Shown in pieces: positions 9,548 to 21,975 of a DNA stretch of 64,000 nucleotides. The notes under the pieces are model-generated. The model did no database searches. It saw nothing but the letters and a program-made list of their open reading frames with translations, and had not been told where the DNA came from. Numbering within the stretch: position 1 is the first letter of the stretch; every line of letters starts with the position of its first letter. The DNA comes from an uncultured Trueperaceae bacterium (lineage in GTDB: Bacteria; Deinococcota; Deinococci; Deinococcales; Trueperaceae): positions 32,001 to 96,000 of the forward strand of contig CAVSGP010000009.1 of the NCBI GenBank assembly GCA_963727505.1, read 5' to 3'. The position numbers were made by a program, and so were the translations under genes.

Positions 9548-10465
9548 TCAGGGCAGTGGACGGCCCGCCGCACGGTAGATGGCGTACCAGTCCTCGCGCG
9601 TTAGGTGGACGTCTGCCGCACGGCAGCAGTCGCGCAGGCGATCGGCGTTCGTGGTGCCGACCACGGGCTGCATGCGTGCCGGGTGGCGCAGCAACCAGGC
9701 GATGGCGAGCGTGGTGGTGCTGACGTCGTGGCGTTCGGCGACGCGGTCGAGCGTCGCGTTGAGCTCGGGGTAGGCGTCGCTCCCGAGGAACACGCCCTCG
9801 AAGAAGCCGTACTGGAAGGGGGACCACGGCTGGATGGTGATGTCGTGGAGGCGGCAGTAGTCGAGGACATAACCGTCTCGGTCGAGCGCGGCATGGTTCT
9901 GCATGTTCACGTTGAAACCACTCTCGATCATGGTGGCGTTGGTGATGCTGAGCTGGAGCTGGTTCGCGACCAGCGGCTGGCGCACGGCCTTCTTCAGGAG
10001 CTCGATCTGTCCGGGGTGCTGGTTGCTGACGCCGAAGTGGCGGACCTTGCCCTCCCGCTCGAGCTCGTCGAATGCCTCAGCGACCTCTTCGGGCTCCATC
10101 AGGGCGTCGGGCCGGTGCAGCAGCAGCACGTCGAGGTAGTCGGTGCGCAGGCGCTTCAGGATGCCGTCGACCGACGCCAGGATGTGTTCCTTGGAGAAGT
10201 CGAACATGCCCTCCCGGATGCCGCATTTGGACTGTAGCAGGACCTGCTCCCGCACGCGCGGATCCATACCGAGGGCCTCGGCGAAGATCTCCTCGCAGGC
10301 GCCACCCCCGTAGATGTCGGCGTGGTCGAAGAAATTCGCCCCCTGCTCGAGGGCCGCGTGGACGAAGCGCTCGGCCTCACGCTTGTCCAGCGCGTCGATG
10401 CGCATGCTGCCGACCGCCACGACGGGGACGTCGAGGTCGCTGCTTCCCAGCTTCATGGTGCGCAC
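9548..10465 (-). CDS. Aldo/keto reductase (YdhF/YcsN-like)
   Basis: FDHADIYGGG, QSKCG, LLLHRPD and GVSN motifs; AAGGAGG SD. Confidence 0.92.
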   Translation of the reverse strand: MRTMKLGSSDLDVPVVAVGSMRIDALDKREAERFVHAALEQGANFFDHADIYGGGACEEIFAEALGMDPRVREQVLLQSKCGIREGMFDFSKEHILASVDGILKRLRTDYLDVLLLHRPDALMEPEEVAEAFDELEREGKVRHFGVSNQHPGQIELLKKAVRQPLVANQLQLSITNATMIESGFNVNMQNHAALDRDGYVLDYCRLHDITIQPWSPFQYGFFEGVFLGSDAYPELNATLDRVAERHDVSTTTLAIAWLLRHPARMQPVVGTTNADRLRDCCRAADVHLTREDWYAIYRAAGRPLP

Positions 10466-10620
10466 GCTTCGGCCCTCCTTCGCGGACCCGCTGAACAGGC
10501 GCGCCCGTCGAGGGCAGGATAGCCGACGCGGAGCACCCCACCACCGTGGAGCGCTCCGCGTCCGAGCCGTCCTTTGGTCGCTTCGTGCCGCGCTGCGGTG
10601 CGCAGCGCGGCCTCAGCCGT

Positions 10621-11187
10621 TCACTTCACGATGTTGATGGTGCCCACCATGTTGTGCGAGGTGTAGTGCTGCCCCTTCTGCTCGAAGCAGGCGTAGTGCC
10701 AGGTCCCCACCTTGTCCGGGACCTTGAAGGTGATGGTCACGTGGGCCTGCCCGCCGCTCACCTTGTTGGCCTGCTGGAGCGCCACGGCGCCGGGCTGCGA
10801 CGTACCGCCGGGCGACGGGTTCTTCATCATCACGCCCTGCGCGTTGCTGAAGCTCACCTGGCTGTCGCTGCTCAGAAGGGTGTCGCCCCAGCCCTTGGGG
10901 TAACTCTTGCCGAAGCTGCTCTTGACCATGTTGAGTGGCTTCTTGCCCATCATGAACATGTGCGCGTCCTTCGGCGAGGTGTTCTTGACGGTCAGGACCA
11001 CGGTGTCGCCGACGTGCCAGGTCATCTGGTCCGGCTTGTAGGTGTAGTCGGACTCGGTGATGGTGTAGTGCTCCGTCTTGCCCCCGGACGAACTCTGGGC
11101 GAAGGCCAGCGGCAACGCGAACGAAGCGAGGATCACGAGCAGGAGCGACGGTGAGCGTGTGAGACGGTGGAAGATGCGAGTCAACAT
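10621..11187 (-). CDS. Secreted cupredoxin (type-1 copper) domain protein
   Basis: Signal peptide ending AFA; GDTVVLTVKN...H; C-terminal YACFEQKGQHYTSHNMVG supplies Cys/His/Met ligands. Confidence 0.8.
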   Translation of the reverse strand: MLTRIFHRLTRSPSLLLVILASFALPLAFAQSSSGGKTEHYTITESDYTYKPDQMTWHVGDTVVLTVKNTSPKDAHMFMMGKKPLNMVKSSFGKSYPKGWGDTLLSSDSQVSFSNAQGVMMKNPSPGGTSQPGAVALQQANKVSGGQAHVTITFKVPDKVGTWHYACFEQKGQHYTSHNMVGTINIVK

Positions 11188-11485
11188 GCGAGCTCTCCCT
11201 TCACGAGGGACGTAGCGAATGCAGTCAAGATGCGTGTGGGACGGCGCGCGTGCCTTCCGGCGCCGCCTTCACGCGGCATCCTAGGGGCGGTCCGGCGCTC
11301 GGTACGTTGGGTCCATTACGAACGCGGCCCTCGGCCGCACCCCGTCGACCCCTGGTACCATCGTCTGGAACGGAGGTTCGGCGCGCTCGGCCCGCGCCTG
11401 ACGGTTCGGCCGAACCATCCACCACAGGGCGGCACGGCACGCCGGGATCGGCTCCGGTGGCGCCGGTTCCCGGAAGGAGCGAGCG

Positions 11486-13144
11486 ATGGGCGACGAGCGA
11501 TACGACGTGGTGGTCGTGGGGGGAGGCTCGGCCGGCTCGGCGATCGCGAACCGACTGAGCGCGGATGCGTCCACGAGCGTTCTCGTCCTGGAGGCCGGCC
11601 GAGCGGACTGGCCGTGGGACGTGTTCATCCACATGCCGGCTGCTTTGCCCTTCCCGATCGGGAATCCACGCTACGACTGGCGGTACGAGTCCGACCCGGA
11701 ACCGCACATGGGTGGGCGGCGCGTGTACCACGCGCGCGGCAAGGTGCTTGGAGGTTCCTCGAGCATCAACGGCATGATCTTCCAGCGCGGCAACCCGATG
11801 GATTACGACCGCTGGGCGAAGGCGGAGGGCATGGAGCGCTGGGACTACGCTCACTGCCTTCCGTACTTCAAGCGGATGGAGACGTGTCTGGCGGGCGCCG
11901 ACGAATGGCGCGGAGGGGAAGGGCCGCTGATCCTGGAACGCGGCCCGGCCACCAACCCGCTCTTCGGCGCCTTCTTCGAGGCCGTGCAGCAGGCCGGCTA
12001 TCCGCTCACCGACGACGTCAACGGCTACCGGCAGGAGGGCTTCGCGCCCTTCGACCGCAACATCCACCGCGGACGGCGTTGGTCGGCGTCGAAGGCCTAC
12101 CTCGATCCGGTCCGCCGCCGGCCGAACCTGGAGATCCGCACGCGCGCCTTCGTCACGCGCGTCCTCTTCGACGGCGCGCGTGCCACCGGCGTCGAGTACG
12201 AGCACGGCGGTCAGCTCCGGCGCGTCGAGGCGGGCGAGGTGATCCTCGGCGGCGGGTCCATCAACACGCCGCAACTCCTGCAGCTCTCGGGCGTCGGCCC
12301 GGCGGAGCACCTGCGCTCTCTGGGGATCGCTCCGCTGGTCGACCTTCCTGGCGTGGGGCAGAACCTGCAGGACCATCTCGAGGTCTACATCCAGTATGCC
12401 TCCAAACAGCCGGTCTCGGTCGCACCCTGGTTGAAGTGGTGGCGGCGGCCATGGGTGGGCTTCCAGTGGCTGTTCTTCCGTAGCGGTGCGGGCGCCAGCA
12501 ATCACTTCGAGGGCGGCGGCTTCGTGCGCTCGAACGAGGAGGTGGACTGGCCCAACCTGATGTTCCACTTCCTGCCGCTCGCCATCCGTTACGACGGCAG
12601 CTCGCCGGTGTCCGGGCATGGATACCAGGTGCATGTCGGCCCCATGTTCTCCGACGTGCGCGGCGAGCTGAAGATCGTGTCGGGCGACCCGCGCGTCAAG
12701 CCCTCGATGCGCTTCAACTACCTGTCCACGCCGAACGATCAGCGCGAGTGGCTGGAGGCGGTGCGCACGGCCCGCCACATCCTCACGCAGCCGGCCTTCG
12801 AGCCGTACAACGCCGGCGAGTTGTCGCCGGGACCGTCGGTCGAGACCGACGAGGAGATCCTCGAGTGGGTCGCACGCGACGCGGAGACGGCGCTGCACCC
12901 CTGCGGCACCGCCAGGATGGGAACCGACGCGATGGCCGTGGTGGACCCCTCGTCCATGAAGGTCCACGGCCTCGAGGGCCTGCGGGTGGTGGACGCCTCC
13001 GTCATGCCGATCATCACCAACGGCAATATCTACGCGCCGGTGATGATGATCGCCGAGAAGGCGGCCGACCTGATTCGCGGAGACACGCCGCTCCCGCCGA
13101 ACGACGCGCCGGTCTACCGGCATCGGGAGGAGCAACGCACCTGA
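11486..13144 (+). CDS. betA: Choline dehydrogenase (GMC oxidoreductase)
   Basis: GGGSAG FAD motif, [48 protein letters not shown] and NGNIYAP. Confidence 0.88.
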   Translation: MGDERYDVVVVGGGSAGSAIANRLSADASTSVLVLEAGRADWPWDVFIHMPAALPFPIGNPRYDWRYESDPEPHMGGRRVYHARGKVLGGSSSINGMIFQRGNPMDYDRWAKAEGMERWDYAHCLPYFKRMETCLAGADEWRGGEGPLILERGPATNPLFGAFFEAVQQAGYPLTDDVNGYRQEGFAPFDRNIHRGRRWSASKAYLDPVRRRPNLEIRTRAFVTRVLFDGARATGVEYEHGGQLRRVEAGEVILGGGSINTPQLLQLSGVGPAEHLRSLGIAPLVDLPGVGQNLQDHLEVYIQYASKQPVSVAPWLKWWRRPWVGFQWLFFRSGAGASNHFEGGGFVRSNEEVDWPNLMFHFLPLAIRYDGSSPVSGHGYQVHVGPMFSDVRGELKIVSGDPRVKPSMRFNYLSTPNDQREWLEAVRTARHILTQPAFEPYNAGELSPGPSVETDEEILEWVARDAETALHPCGTARMGTDAMAVVDPSSMKVHGLEGLRVVDASVMPIITNGNIYAPVMMIAEKAADLIRGDTPLPPNDAPVYRHREEQRT

Positions 13145-13219
13145 TGCCCCGCGCAACGCCCCGGCGTGGAGTCCTCCACGGGCGCGCTCGGACGCCACGA
13201 GGGCGCCCGGCGACGCTCC

Positions 13220-13654
13220 TCAGGAGTCGGTGATCTCCAACGCACTGAGTTTCGCCCGCGACTGGACCCAACGCGGGTAGATTTGTGCGAGCTTCGCCGC
13301 GTCGCCGGCCCTCGATGCCTTGAGCAGGTCGCCCTCGAGCTCGGCCACCTCGAGACGCGCGTAGTAGTCGAGCATCTCCTTGAGGTGAGCGAGCACGACC
13401 CGGCCCGTCAGGATGGGATGGTCGTTGGTGACGTTGGCGTCAGGGTACTGCGTGCCGTGCTCCAACTCGACTTCGAGGCCCTGCTGGAAGGCGTCGCGAG
13501 AGATCATCAAGGCCTCGGCTCCGATGACCTGCCGGATCGCCTCGGCCTCCTCGGGATCGACGTGGGTGCCGGTCCGTTCGGTCCAGTCGCTGATCCCGAG
13601 ATCGCGACATGCCTTGCGAACGTCCTCGATCGTGACGAAGTCGCTGATATCCAT
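13220..13654 (-). CDS. DUF5661-like protein
   Basis: GLEVELEHG..NVT.D...TGRVVLAHLKE..DYYARL pattern; GGAGG SD. Confidence 0.7.
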   Translation of the reverse strand: MDISDFVTIEDVRKACRDLGISDWTERTGTHVDPEEAEAIRQVIGAEALMISRDAFQQGLEVELEHGTQYPDANVTNDHPILTGRVVLAHLKEMLDYYARLEVAELEGDLLKASRAGDAAKLAQIYPRWVQSRAKLSALEITDS

Positions 13655-13744
13655 ACTTCCTCCCTATCGGCCGCCGCTCGGCGGCAACGTGGCGTGAGTG
13701 TCTGCATAGCTGCGCGTTCGCGAGCCGTCTGGGCGCCGCCGATC

Positions 13745-14623
13745 TCAGGGTTCGGTGTGCATGTAGACGCCGAACGTGCCGGGGCCGACGTGCGTCGCGA
13801 CGGACGTTCCGATGGCGCGGATGGCCCCGCCCGCGAACGTCAGGCCGCTGTCGCGTAGGGCTTGCGCCAGGCGCTCGACGTCCACCACGTTCTGCACGTG
13901 CATGAAGGTCAGGGTGAGCGTGCCGGCGTGCTCCCTTACGAAGGCCTGGACGTGCCGCACGATCTCGCGGATGGCGGCGGCCTTGCCGCGCACGGTCGTC
14001 ACCGGCTCGGCGCCGGCGCCTTCGTGCGTGAGGATCGGCGTGACGCGCAGCAGACCGCCCAACAGCGCGCTGGCGCGGCCGATGCGCCCGCCGCGGCGGA
14101 GGTGCTCGAGGCTCGTGACGGCGAACAGCGCCTTGAGCGTGTCCCGGATGGGCTCGATCCTCTCGAGGACGGTGGTCAGGTCCGCCCCTTCGTTGCGGAG
14201 CTGCGCGGCTCTACGGACCACATCGCCGTGGCCCGCCGTGGTCGCGCGCGTGTCGAAGACGGTCACCGGCAGCGGCGCTCCGTCGGCCGCGCGGCAGGCC
14301 GAGGCGTAGGTGCCCGAGAGCTCCGAGCTCAGCGTGAGACAGAGCACCTGCTCGGCGCCGCGGTCCGCCGCCCCCTTGAAGATCTCGAGGAAGGCGTCCG
14401 GTGTCACCTGGCTGGTGCTGGGCAGGTCGGCGCCGGCCGCGATCCCGGCCAGGATGTCCGCGGTCGTGATGTCGATACCGTCGAGGTAGGTCTTGCCCTG
14501 GAACTCCACGTGCAGCGGCACGAGGAGGACATCGAGGTCGCTGGCTTCGGCGCCCGTAACGTCGCAGGTGCTGTCGGCCACGATGGCGAGAGTTCGCGGG
14601 CTGGGCCGTGCATGAGCGGTCAT
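13745..14623 (-). CDS. DegV family fatty-acid-binding protein (FakB-like)
   Basis: IVADSTCD, PSTSQ, LSSELSGTY, LRRGGRIG and THVGPG. Confidence 0.93.
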   Translation of the reverse strand: MTAHARPSPRTLAIVADSTCDVTGAEASDLDVLLVPLHVEFQGKTYLDGIDITTADILAGIAAGADLPSTSQVTPDAFLEIFKGAADRGAEQVLCLTLSSELSGTYASACRAADGAPLPVTVFDTRATTAGHGDVVRRAAQLRNEGADLTTVLERIEPIRDTLKALFAVTSLEHLRRGGRIGRASALLGGLLRVTPILTHEGAGAEPVTTVRGKAAAIREIVRHVQAFVREHAGTLTLTFMHVQNVVDVERLAQALRDSGLTFAGGAIRAIGTSVATHVGPGTFGVYMHTEP

Positions 14624-15124
14624 CGCGCCACCTCCACGGCCTCAGCGTACGCGCCCGCGGGTCGATCGCGCCGTGCTAGTCGTGGGATGCTCGGTGACCC
14701 TTCGAGAAAGACAGGCCGCCGGCGCGTCGACAGGCCGAACCCGCCCTCGCGGGAGCGAGTTCGTTCGGCCTGAAGTCCTGATGGAGGGTGGCTCCACCGC
14801 CGCAGTCCCTTGCCGGCCAGGGCGCGGGTTGGTGGTGCCCAATGACTACGCCTCCAGCCTAGTCCGTCCTCTTCCGGACCGCCGTGAAAAGCGCCCGCCC
14901 AGGCGAAGGCCATCACTGTCGGCGTCGAACCGAACGTCGAGAGGATCCGGCCCCGCCAGAGCAGGACATGGGGAGGGGCCTCGCCGGCGAGGCGACGGTG
15001 AAGCTCGGCGTGCCGACCCGCAGCCGAGTGACCCGGCGGGACGCCCGTCCCTGACGGCCGCGCGAGGGCGTGCCATGATGACGGTGGCGTTTACCCGAGC
15101 CCTCTGCAGGCTGGAAGGGTCGCC

Positions 15125-16576
15125 ATGCTCTCGTACGACGTGACCATCATCGGCGGAGGCGTTATCGGCTGCGCCATCGCCCGCGAGCTCGGCCGCTACC
15201 GCCTGCGGGTGCTGCTGCTCGAGCGTGCCGCAGAGGTGGGCTTCGGGACCAGCAAGGCCAACAGCGGCATCATCCATGCCGGCCACCACAGCGATCCGGC
15301 CGCCCTCAAGGGCCGGCTGGAGTGGGAGGGGAACAAGCGCTGGCCCGCGCTGGCCGAGGCGTTGGGGTTCGGCTTCCGTCGCATCGGGGAGCTGACCGTG
15401 GCCTTCGACGACGACGAGCGCCGCACGCTCCGGCGGCTGCTCGAGCAGGGGGAGGGCAAGGGCGTGCCCGGGCTCGAGCTGTGGCCTGCCGAACGGGTTC
15501 GCAACGAAGAGCCGCACCTCTCCGGTGAGATCGTGGAGGCGCTCCACGCCCCCACCGCCGCCGTCGTCAATCCCTACGAGGCGTGCTTCGCGCTGGCGGA
15601 GAGCGCCGTGCGCAACGGCGTCGAGCTGGCATGTGCGGAGCCGGTGAAGGCCATCGACCGGGATCCCGAGGGCCTGTACCTCCACACGCCTGCGCGCACC
15701 GTGCGGAGTCGCTTCGTGGTGAACGCCGCAGGCCTCTTCGCCGACCGCGTGGCGGAAATGGCGGGCGCCGAGCCGTTCACGGTGCGGGCCCGCAAGGGCG
15801 AGGAGTACCTGCTCGACAAGCGGCTGGTCGGCATGGTGAAGCGCCTCATCTTCCCCTGCCCGACGACGCACTCGAAAGGGATCCTGGTCATCCCCACCTT
15901 CGACGGCACGCTGATGGTCGGGCCCACCGCGCACATGACCGACAAGGACGACCTGAGCACAACGGATCGAGGGGCCGAGGAGGCGTTCGCCGGCGCGCGC
16001 CGGCTGGTGCCCGGCATCAGCGAGCGCGACTGCATCGCGCAGTTTGCGGGCCTGCGGGCCGTGCTGGAAGACGAAGACTTCCTCATCGGCCCGACGCGGG
16101 TGCCGGGCTTCCTGAACGTGGCCGGCATCCAGTCGCCCGGCCTGACGGCGGCGCCGGCCATCGCCGAGAAGGTGGCCGACTTGCTGGCCGCCGAAGGGCT
16201 GGTGCTCGAGCCGAGCGACGCATTCGTCGAGGGGGTGGACGCACCGGTACACGTGGACGATCTCGAGCTGGAGGCGCTGGCTGCGCTGGCCGCGAGCGAT
16301 CCTCGCTACGCCCGCATCGCCTGCCGCTGCGAGAACGTGACCGAAGGGGAGGTGCTGGACGCGGTGGCGCGCGGTGCGCGTACCTTGGACGGCTTGAAGT
16401 TCCGTACCCGCGTGGGGATGGGGCGCTGCCAGGGCGGCTTCTGCACCTGGCGTTGCCTGTCGCTGCTCTCCGAGGCGACAGGCACGCCGATCCCCGCCCT
16501 CACCAAGCGTGGGGGTGGTTCCTGGATCGCTTGCGAGCGGGCCGACCCGGCGGTGGGGGAGGTGGGCCATGATTAG
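15125..16576 (+). CDS. FAD-dependent oxidoreductase, glycerol-3-phosphate dehydrogenase-like, with BFD-type [2Fe-2S] domain
   Basis: [32 protein letters not shown] and [10 protein letters not shown]. Confidence 0.88.
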   Translation: MLSYDVTIIGGGVIGCAIARELGRYRLRVLLLERAAEVGFGTSKANSGIIHAGHHSDPAALKGRLEWEGNKRWPALAEALGFGFRRIGELTVAFDDDERRTLRRLLEQGEGKGVPGLELWPAERVRNEEPHLSGEIVEALHAPTAAVVNPYEACFALAESAVRNGVELACAEPVKAIDRDPEGLYLHTPARTVRSRFVVNAAGLFADRVAEMAGAEPFTVRARKGEEYLLDKRLVGMVKRLIFPCPTTHSKGILVIPTFDGTLMVGPTAHMTDKDDLSTTDRGAEEAFAGARRLVPGISERDCIAQFAGLRAVLEDEDFLIGPTRVPGFLNVAGIQSPGLTAAPAIAEKVADLLAAEGLVLEPSDAFVEGVDAPVHVDDLELEALAALAASDPRYARIACRCENVTEGEVLDAVARGARTLDGLKFRTRVGMGRCQGGFCTWRCLSLLSEATGTPIPALTKRGGGSWIACERADPAVGEVGHD

Positions 16577-17846
16577 TGCGCGTCCCCGCCACCTGCGGCC
16601 GGTGTACGACGTGCTGGTGGTGGGTGGTGGCCCGGCAGGCATGGCGGCGGCGCTGGGTGCGCGCGAAGCGGGGGCGGAGCGGGTGCTGATGGTGGACCGC
16701 GAGCCCGAGGCCGGCGGCATCCTCAACCAGTGCATCCACAACGGTTTCGGCCTGCACCACTTCAAGGAAGAGCTCACCGGTCCCGAGTACGCGCAGCGCT
16801 TCCTGGAGCAGGTGCTGGAGCACGACGTCGACGTGCTGACCGATGCGTATGTACTCGACGTCGACGGCGAGCGTCGTACCTTGCTGATGTCGCCCGAGCA
16901 CGGCGTGCGCGAGGTGGCCGCACGGTCCGTGGTGCTCGCGATGGGCGCGCGCGAGCGAACCCGGGGCGCGGTGCGCATCCCGGGGCAGCGGCCGGCCGGC
17001 GTGATGACCGCGGGCTTCGCGCAGAAGCTCGTCAACCAGGCGGGGTACCTGCCTGGGCGCCACGTCGTGGTTCTGGGCTCCGGCGACATCGGCCTGATCA
17101 TGGCCAGACGGCTGGTGCTGGAGGGAGCCGAGGTGCTGGGGGTCTTCGAGATCCTGCCGCACGTCAACGGCCTGTCGCGCAACGTGGTGCAGTGCCTCCA
17201 CGACTTCGACATCCCGCTCCACCTGTCGACCACGGTGACCCGCATCCACGGCCGGGAGCGGGTGGAGGGCGTCCGTGTCGCGCCCGTCGACGAGGCCTTC
17301 AGGCCGCTGCCGGAGCGCGGCTGGGAGGTGCCGTGTGACACGCTCCTGCTCTCGATCGGGCTGATCCCGGAGAACGAGCTGTCGCGCCGGCTACGTCTTC
17401 GGCTCGATCCGGTCACCACCGGTCCGGTCGTGACGAGCGGCATGGAGACCTCGCGTGACGGCGTGTTCGCCTGCGGCAACGTCGTGCACATCCACGATCT
17501 GGTCGATTTCGTCACCCAGGAGTCGCTGCTGGCGGGCCGCAGCGCCGGCGCTTTCGCGCTGGGGGCGCCGGCCGCGCCCGACAACGTGCGGCTGGTGCCG
17601 GGTGAGAACGTGCACTCCTGCGTGCCGCACACCATCACCACCGACCGCGAGCACGTCGTCTACCTGCGCGTGAGCCGCTCGCTCAAGCCCTGCACGTTGC
17701 GGCTGGGCGACGTCTACCAGCGCCCGCTGCGCTACGTCGTGCCGGGCGAAACGGTGATGCTCAAGGTGCGGCCGCGATTCCTGGAGGCGTTCCACGGCGA
17801 TACCTTGCGGGTCGACGTGGTTCCGCGCGAGGAGGGAGAGACATGA
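16569..17846 (+). CDS. NAD(P)/FAD-dependent pyridine nucleotide-disulfide oxidoreductase
   Basis: [39 protein letters not shown] and [15 protein letters not shown] overlaps the upstream gene end. Confidence 0.88.
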   Translation: MISARPRHLRPVYDVLVVGGGPAGMAAALGAREAGAERVLMVDREPEAGGILNQCIHNGFGLHHFKEELTGPEYAQRFLEQVLEHDVDVLTDAYVLDVDGERRTLLMSPEHGVREVAARSVVLAMGARERTRGAVRIPGQRPAGVMTAGFAQKLVNQAGYLPGRHVVVLGSGDIGLIMARRLVLEGAEVLGVFEILPHVNGLSRNVVQCLHDFDIPLHLSTTVTRIHGRERVEGVRVAPVDEAFRPLPERGWEVPCDTLLLSIGLIPENELSRRLRLRLDPVTTGPVVTSGMETSRDGVFACGNVVHIHDLVDFVTQESLLAGRSAGAFALGAPAAPDNVRLVPGENVHSCVPHTITTDREHVVYLRVSRSLKPCTLRLGDVYQRPLRYVVPGETVMLKVRPRFLEAFHGDTLRVDVVPREEGET

Positions 17847-18223
17847 GCACCGCCCGCGAGCGCAGCGAGTACCTCTGCATCGGTTGTCCGCTGGGCTGCC
17901 GGCTCGAGGTCGAGGAGGAGGCGAGCGGCGAGGTCGAGGTACGCGGCAACTCCTGCAAGCGCGGCCTGGAGTTCGCCCGGCAGGAGCACACCGACCCCCG
18001 GCGCATGGTGGCCACGACCATCCGTGTCGAGGGCGGGCTTTGGGCACGTCTGCCGGTCCGGACGCGCGACGCCGTACCCAAGGCCCAGGTCCTGCCGCTG
18101 TGTCGGGCGCTGCACGCGCTCACCCTGACGGCGCCGGTGGCCCTGGGCGCCGTCGTATTGACGGACGCGCTGGGGACCGGGATCGACGTCGTCGCCAGCC
18201 GGGACATGCCGGTGGGGGACTGA
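17843..18223 (+). CDS. DUF1667 family CxxC protein
   Basis: CIGCPLGC and GNSCKRG; ATGA overlap with the upstream gene; usual third member of this triad. Confidence 0.85.
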   Translation: MSTARERSEYLCIGCPLGCRLEVEEEASGEVEVRGNSCKRGLEFARQEHTDPRRMVATTIRVEGGLWARLPVRTRDAVPKAQVLPLCRALHALTLTAPVALGAVVLTDALGTGIDVVASRDMPVGD

Positions 18224-18244
18224 GGTCGCCCTACTGCGAATGCC

Positions 18245-20251
18245 TCAGGCCGCGCGCTCCGCCGGACCCCGGAACTGCTCCTGGTACAGGGCCGCGTAGG
18301 CGCCGTCCGCGGCGATGAGCGCGTCGTGGGAGCCCTGCTCCACGATGCGCCCGTCCTCCATGACGAGGATGACGTCGGCATCGCGGATGGTGGACAGTCG
18401 GTGGGCGATGACGAAGCTCGTGCGATTCCCGCGCAGCGCGTTCATCGCCTCCTGGACGAGGAGCTCGGTGCGGGTGTCGACGGAGCTGGTGGCCTCGTCG
18501 AGGACCAGCAAGGGCGGGTCGGCCAGGAACGCCCGCGCGATGGTGATGAGCTGCTTCTCGCCGGCGCTGACGGTGCCTCCCTCGTCGTCGATGATGGTGT
18601 CGTACCCTTCGGGAAGGCTGTGCGTGAAGCGATCGACGAAGGCCGCTCGCGCGGCCGCCAGGATCTCCTCCTCGCTGGCATCGGGCCGGCCGTAGGCGAT
18701 GTTGTCGCGGATCGTGCCACGGAACAGCCAGGTGTCCTGCAGGACCATCCCGATACGGGAGCGCAGGTCGTCGCGCCGCACCTCGGTGATGTCGATGCCG
18801 TCGATGGTGATGCGCCCTGCGTCGAGCTCGTAGAACCGCATCAACAGGTTGACGAGCGTGGTCTTGCCCGCGCCCGTGGGCCCCACGATCGCCACGGTCT
18901 GGCCCGGCTCGGCGGTCAACGACAGGTCCTCGATGAGGGGGCGGTCGGGGTCGTAGCGGAAGCCGACGTGCTCGAAGCGCACGTGCCCGCGCGGCACGGC
19001 GGGCAGGGTCGCGCCCGCCGCTTCGGGCCGTTGCTCCTCGGCGTCGAGCAGCTCGAACACCCGCTCCGCCGAGGCGACGCCCGACTGCAGCAGGTTCACC
19101 ATCGAGGCGACCTGCGTCACGGGCTGCGTGAAGCGGCGCGTGTACTGGATGAAGGCCTGCACGTCGCCCAGGCTGATGGTCCCGCTGGCGACCTTGAGTC
19201 CCCCCAGCACCGCGATGGCGCCGTAGTTGAGGTTGCCGATGAACATGGTGACGGGCATGATCAGGCCGGACAGGAACTGCGCCCGGAAGCTGGCCTGGTA
19301 GAGAGCCTCGTTCTCGACCTCGAACGCCTCCTGGACGTCCTTCTGGCGCCCGAAGACCTTCACCAGTGCGTGTCCCGTGTAGGCCTCCTCGACCTGCGCG
19401 TTGAGGGTGCCGGTGCGCCTCCACTGCGCGATGAACTGCTTCCCCGAGCGGCGCATGATGAGCCCGGCCAGCACCATGGTGAGCGGGATGGTGACCAGAG
19501 CCACCAGCGCCAGCAGCGGCGAGATGGCGAGCATCATGATCACCACGAAGACGATGGTGAGTAGCGAGGTCAGGAGCTGGCTCATCGTCTGCTGCAGGCT
19601 TTGCGACACGTTGTCGATGTCGTTGGTGACCCGGCTCAGCAGCTCGCCGCGGGGCTGGCGGTCGAAGTAGGCGAGCGGCAGGTGGTTGAGCTTGTCCTCG
19701 ACCTGTTCGCGCATGCGATACACCGTCGCCTGCACCACGTCGTTGAGCACATAGCCTTGGAGGAACTGCAGCAGTACCGAGCCGAGATAGATGGCCAGCA
19801 CCAGCAGCAGCACGTGCCCGAGCGCGGTGAAGTCGACGCCGCGGCCGGGGACCAGATCGATGCCCGACAGCAGGTCGGCCATCTTGCCCTGGCCGGCGGC
19901 GCGCGCGGCGGCGATGGCCTGCGCCTTGGTCATGCCGGCAGGGAGGCGCTGGCCGATCACGCCGGCGAAGAGCAGGTCGGTGGCACGGCCCAGCACGCGG
20001 GGGCCGATAGCGGTGAGGGCTACGGAGACCATGGCGGTCAGCACCACAGCGATCACCCTCACGCGTTCCGGGCGCAGCCTGTCCGCCAGTCGGCGGAGAG
20101 ACGGCCCGAAATTCTGCGCCTTCTGTCCGACCATGCCCGGCGGCCCGTGGCCGGGGCCGCCTCCGACGCGCACCCGTTCGGTGGACTTCATGACCTTCGG
20201 GGCACCGCCGGGCTGCGCGGGCGATGGGCCGTCGCCGGGCGGCCGTCTCAT
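18245..20251 (-). CDS. ABC exporter ATP-binding/permease subunit
   Basis: TM domain, Walker A GPTGAGKT, signature VSAGEKQ and Walker [12 protein letters not shown]. Confidence 0.95.
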   Translation of the reverse strand: MRRPPGDGPSPAQPGGAPKVMKSTERVRVGGGPGHGPPGMVGQKAQNFGPSLRRLADRLRPERVRVIAVVLTAMVSVALTAIGPRVLGRATDLLFAGVIGQRLPAGMTKAQAIAAARAAGQGKMADLLSGIDLVPGRGVDFTALGHVLLLVLAIYLGSVLLQFLQGYVLNDVVQATVYRMREQVEDKLNHLPLAYFDRQPRGELLSRVTNDIDNVSQSLQQTMSQLLTSLLTIVFVVIMMLAISPLLALVALVTIPLTMVLAGLIMRRSGKQFIAQWRRTGTLNAQVEEAYTGHALVKVFGRQKDVQEAFEVENEALYQASFRAQFLSGLIMPVTMFIGNLNYGAIAVLGGLKVASGTISLGDVQAFIQYTRRFTQPVTQVASMVNLLQSGVASAERVFELLDAEEQRPEAAGATLPAVPRGHVRFEHVGFRYDPDRPLIEDLSLTAEPGQTVAIVGPTGAGKTTLVNLLMRFYELDAGRITIDGIDITEVRRDDLRSRIGMVLQDTWLFRGTIRDNIAYGRPDASEEEILAAARAAFVDRFTHSLPEGYDTIIDDEGGTVSAGEKQLITIARAFLADPPLLVLDEATSSVDTRTELLVQEAMNALRGNRTSFVIAHRLSTIRDADVILVMEDGRIVEQGSHDALIAADGAYAALYQEQFRGPAERAA

Positions 20252-21975
20252 GCGGCGGCCTGCCGTTGCGACTCGACGATCTCGCGATAGGTCTCGGAGG
20301 AGGCCAGCAATTCGTCGTGACGCCCGCGCCCCACCACGCGGCCGTCTTCGAGCACGACGATCTGGTCGGCGTCGATGATGGTCGCCACGCGCTGCGCCAC
20401 GATCACCACCGTGGCGTGGCGCGTCACGGGTGCCAGGGCGCGGCGCAAACGCGCGTCGGTCGCGACGTCGAGCGCCGAGAAGGAGTCGTCGAAGAGGTAG
20501 ACCTCGGGGTTGCGGATGAGGGCGCGCGCGATGGCGAGGCGCTGCCGCTGACCGCCGGAAACGTTGGTGCCGCCCTGGGCGATGGGCGCCTCGAGCCCGC
20601 CGTCCATGGCCTCGACGAAGTCACGAGCCTGCGCGATCTCGAGGGCGCGCCACATCTCGTCCTCGCTGGCGTCGGGCTTGCCGAAGCGCAGGTTGCTGGC
20701 CACCGTTCCGGTGAACAGGTAGCCCTTCTGGGGCACCAGCCCGATGCGCGACCACAGCGCCTCGGGCTCGTAGTCGCGGACGTCGATGCCGTCGATGAGC
20801 ACGCGGCCCTCGGTGGCGTCGAAGAGGCGGGGGATGAGGTTGAGCAGCGTGGTCTTGCCCGCCCCTGTGGACCCGATGATCGCCACCGTTTGCCCCGGCG
20901 CGGCGTCGAGATCGACCTCGGCGAGCACGGGATGGCTGGCGCCCGGGTACTGGAAGCCAACGGCGCTGAGCTGGAGGTGGCCACGCTCGGGTGCCAGCGA
21001 GGCGCCGTGGGCAGGGGGGACCACGGTGGGCTCGGTCGCGAGCGTTTCGCCGATGCGGTCGGCCGACACCGCCGCGCGCGGCAGGATCACGAGCATGAAC
21101 GTCGACATCATTACGGCCATCAGGATCTGCATGAGGTAGCTCAGGAAGGCTGTCATGGAGCCGATCTCCATCGCGCCGGAGGCGACGCGCAGGCCCCCGA
21201 ACCACAGCACAGCGACGCTGGAGACGTTGGTCACCAGCATCACCAGCGGGAACATCAACGCCATCCAACGTCCGACGTAGAGCGTGACGTCGGTGAGCTC
21301 GCGGTTGGCCCGATCGAAGCGGGCGCGTTCGACGCTCTCGCGCACGAAAGCCCGGATCACGCGGATGCCGCCGATCTGCTCGCGCAGGACCTCGTTGATG
21401 CGGTCGATGCGCTTCTGCATGCTACGGAACCCGGGCACCATGCGCGAGATGACGAAGCCCACCAGCCCGGCCAGCACGGGCACCGCCACCGCCACCAGCC
21501 AGGCCAGCCCCACGTCCTGGCGTAGCGCCATGATCACGCCGCCCACCATCATGATGGGCGCGACGATCAGCATCGTGAACGCCATCATCAGCATCATCTG
21601 GACCTGCTGCACGTCGTTGGTGCTGCGGGTGAGGAGCGAGGGCGCACCGAAGTGCGCCATCTCACGGCTCGAGAACGCCCCGACGTGGCGGAAGATGCCC
21701 GAGCGCAGGTCGCGGCCGAACGCCATGGCCGTCCGCGCTCCGAGGTAGACGGCGCCGATCGTGCAGACGATCTGCAGCAGCGAGACCGCCAGCATCCAGC
21801 CGCCCTCGCGCACGATGTAGCCGGTGTCCCCGGTGACGACGCCGTTGTCGATGATGGCCGCGTTGATGCTCGGCAGGGTGAGGGAGGCGAGCGTACCTAC
21901 GAGCTGCAACGCGACGATGGCCGCGATCGCCCAGCGGTAGGGGCGGGTGAACCTATTCAGCAGCTTCAGAAGCAT
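20248..21975 (-). CDS. ABC exporter ATP-binding/permease subunit (degenerate-site partner)
   Basis: [26 protein letters not shown] and Q-for-H switch (AQR), typical of heterodimeric exporters. Confidence 0.95.
   Translation of the reverse strand: MLLKLLNRFTRPYRWAIAAIVALQLVGTLASLTLPSINAAIIDNGVVTGDTGYIVREGGWMLAVSLLQIVCTIGAVYLGARTAMAFGRDLRSGIFRHVGAFSSREMAHFGAPSLLTRSTNDVQQVQMMLMMAFTMLIVAPIMMVGGVIMALRQDVGLAWLVAVAVPVLAGLVGFVISRMVPGFRSMQKRIDRINEVLREQIGGIRVIRAFVRESVERARFDRANRELTDVTLYVGRWMALMFPLVMLVTNVSSVAVLWFGGLRVASGAMEIGSMTAFLSYLMQILMAVMMSTFMLVILPRAAVSADRIGETLATEPTVVPPAHGASLAPERGHLQLSAVGFQYPGASHPVLAEVDLDAAPGQTVAIIGSTGAGKTTLLNLIPRLFDATEGRVLIDGIDVRDYEPEALWSRIGLVPQKGYLFTGTVASNLRFGKPDASEDEMWRALEIAQARDFVEAMDGGLEAPIAQGGTNVSGGQRQRLAIARALIRNPEVYLFDDSFSALDVATDARLRRALAPVTRHATVVIVAQRVATIIDADQIVVLEDGRVVGRGRHDELLASSETYREIVESQRQAAA

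Noticed and set aside
14624..15124. ncRNA or small gene in the DegV-oxidoreductase spacer (also 5301-5599 and 33653-34225)
   Set aside because: No recognisable RNA motif and no ORF with convincing composition or ribosome-binding site; cannot be excluded without cmscan.
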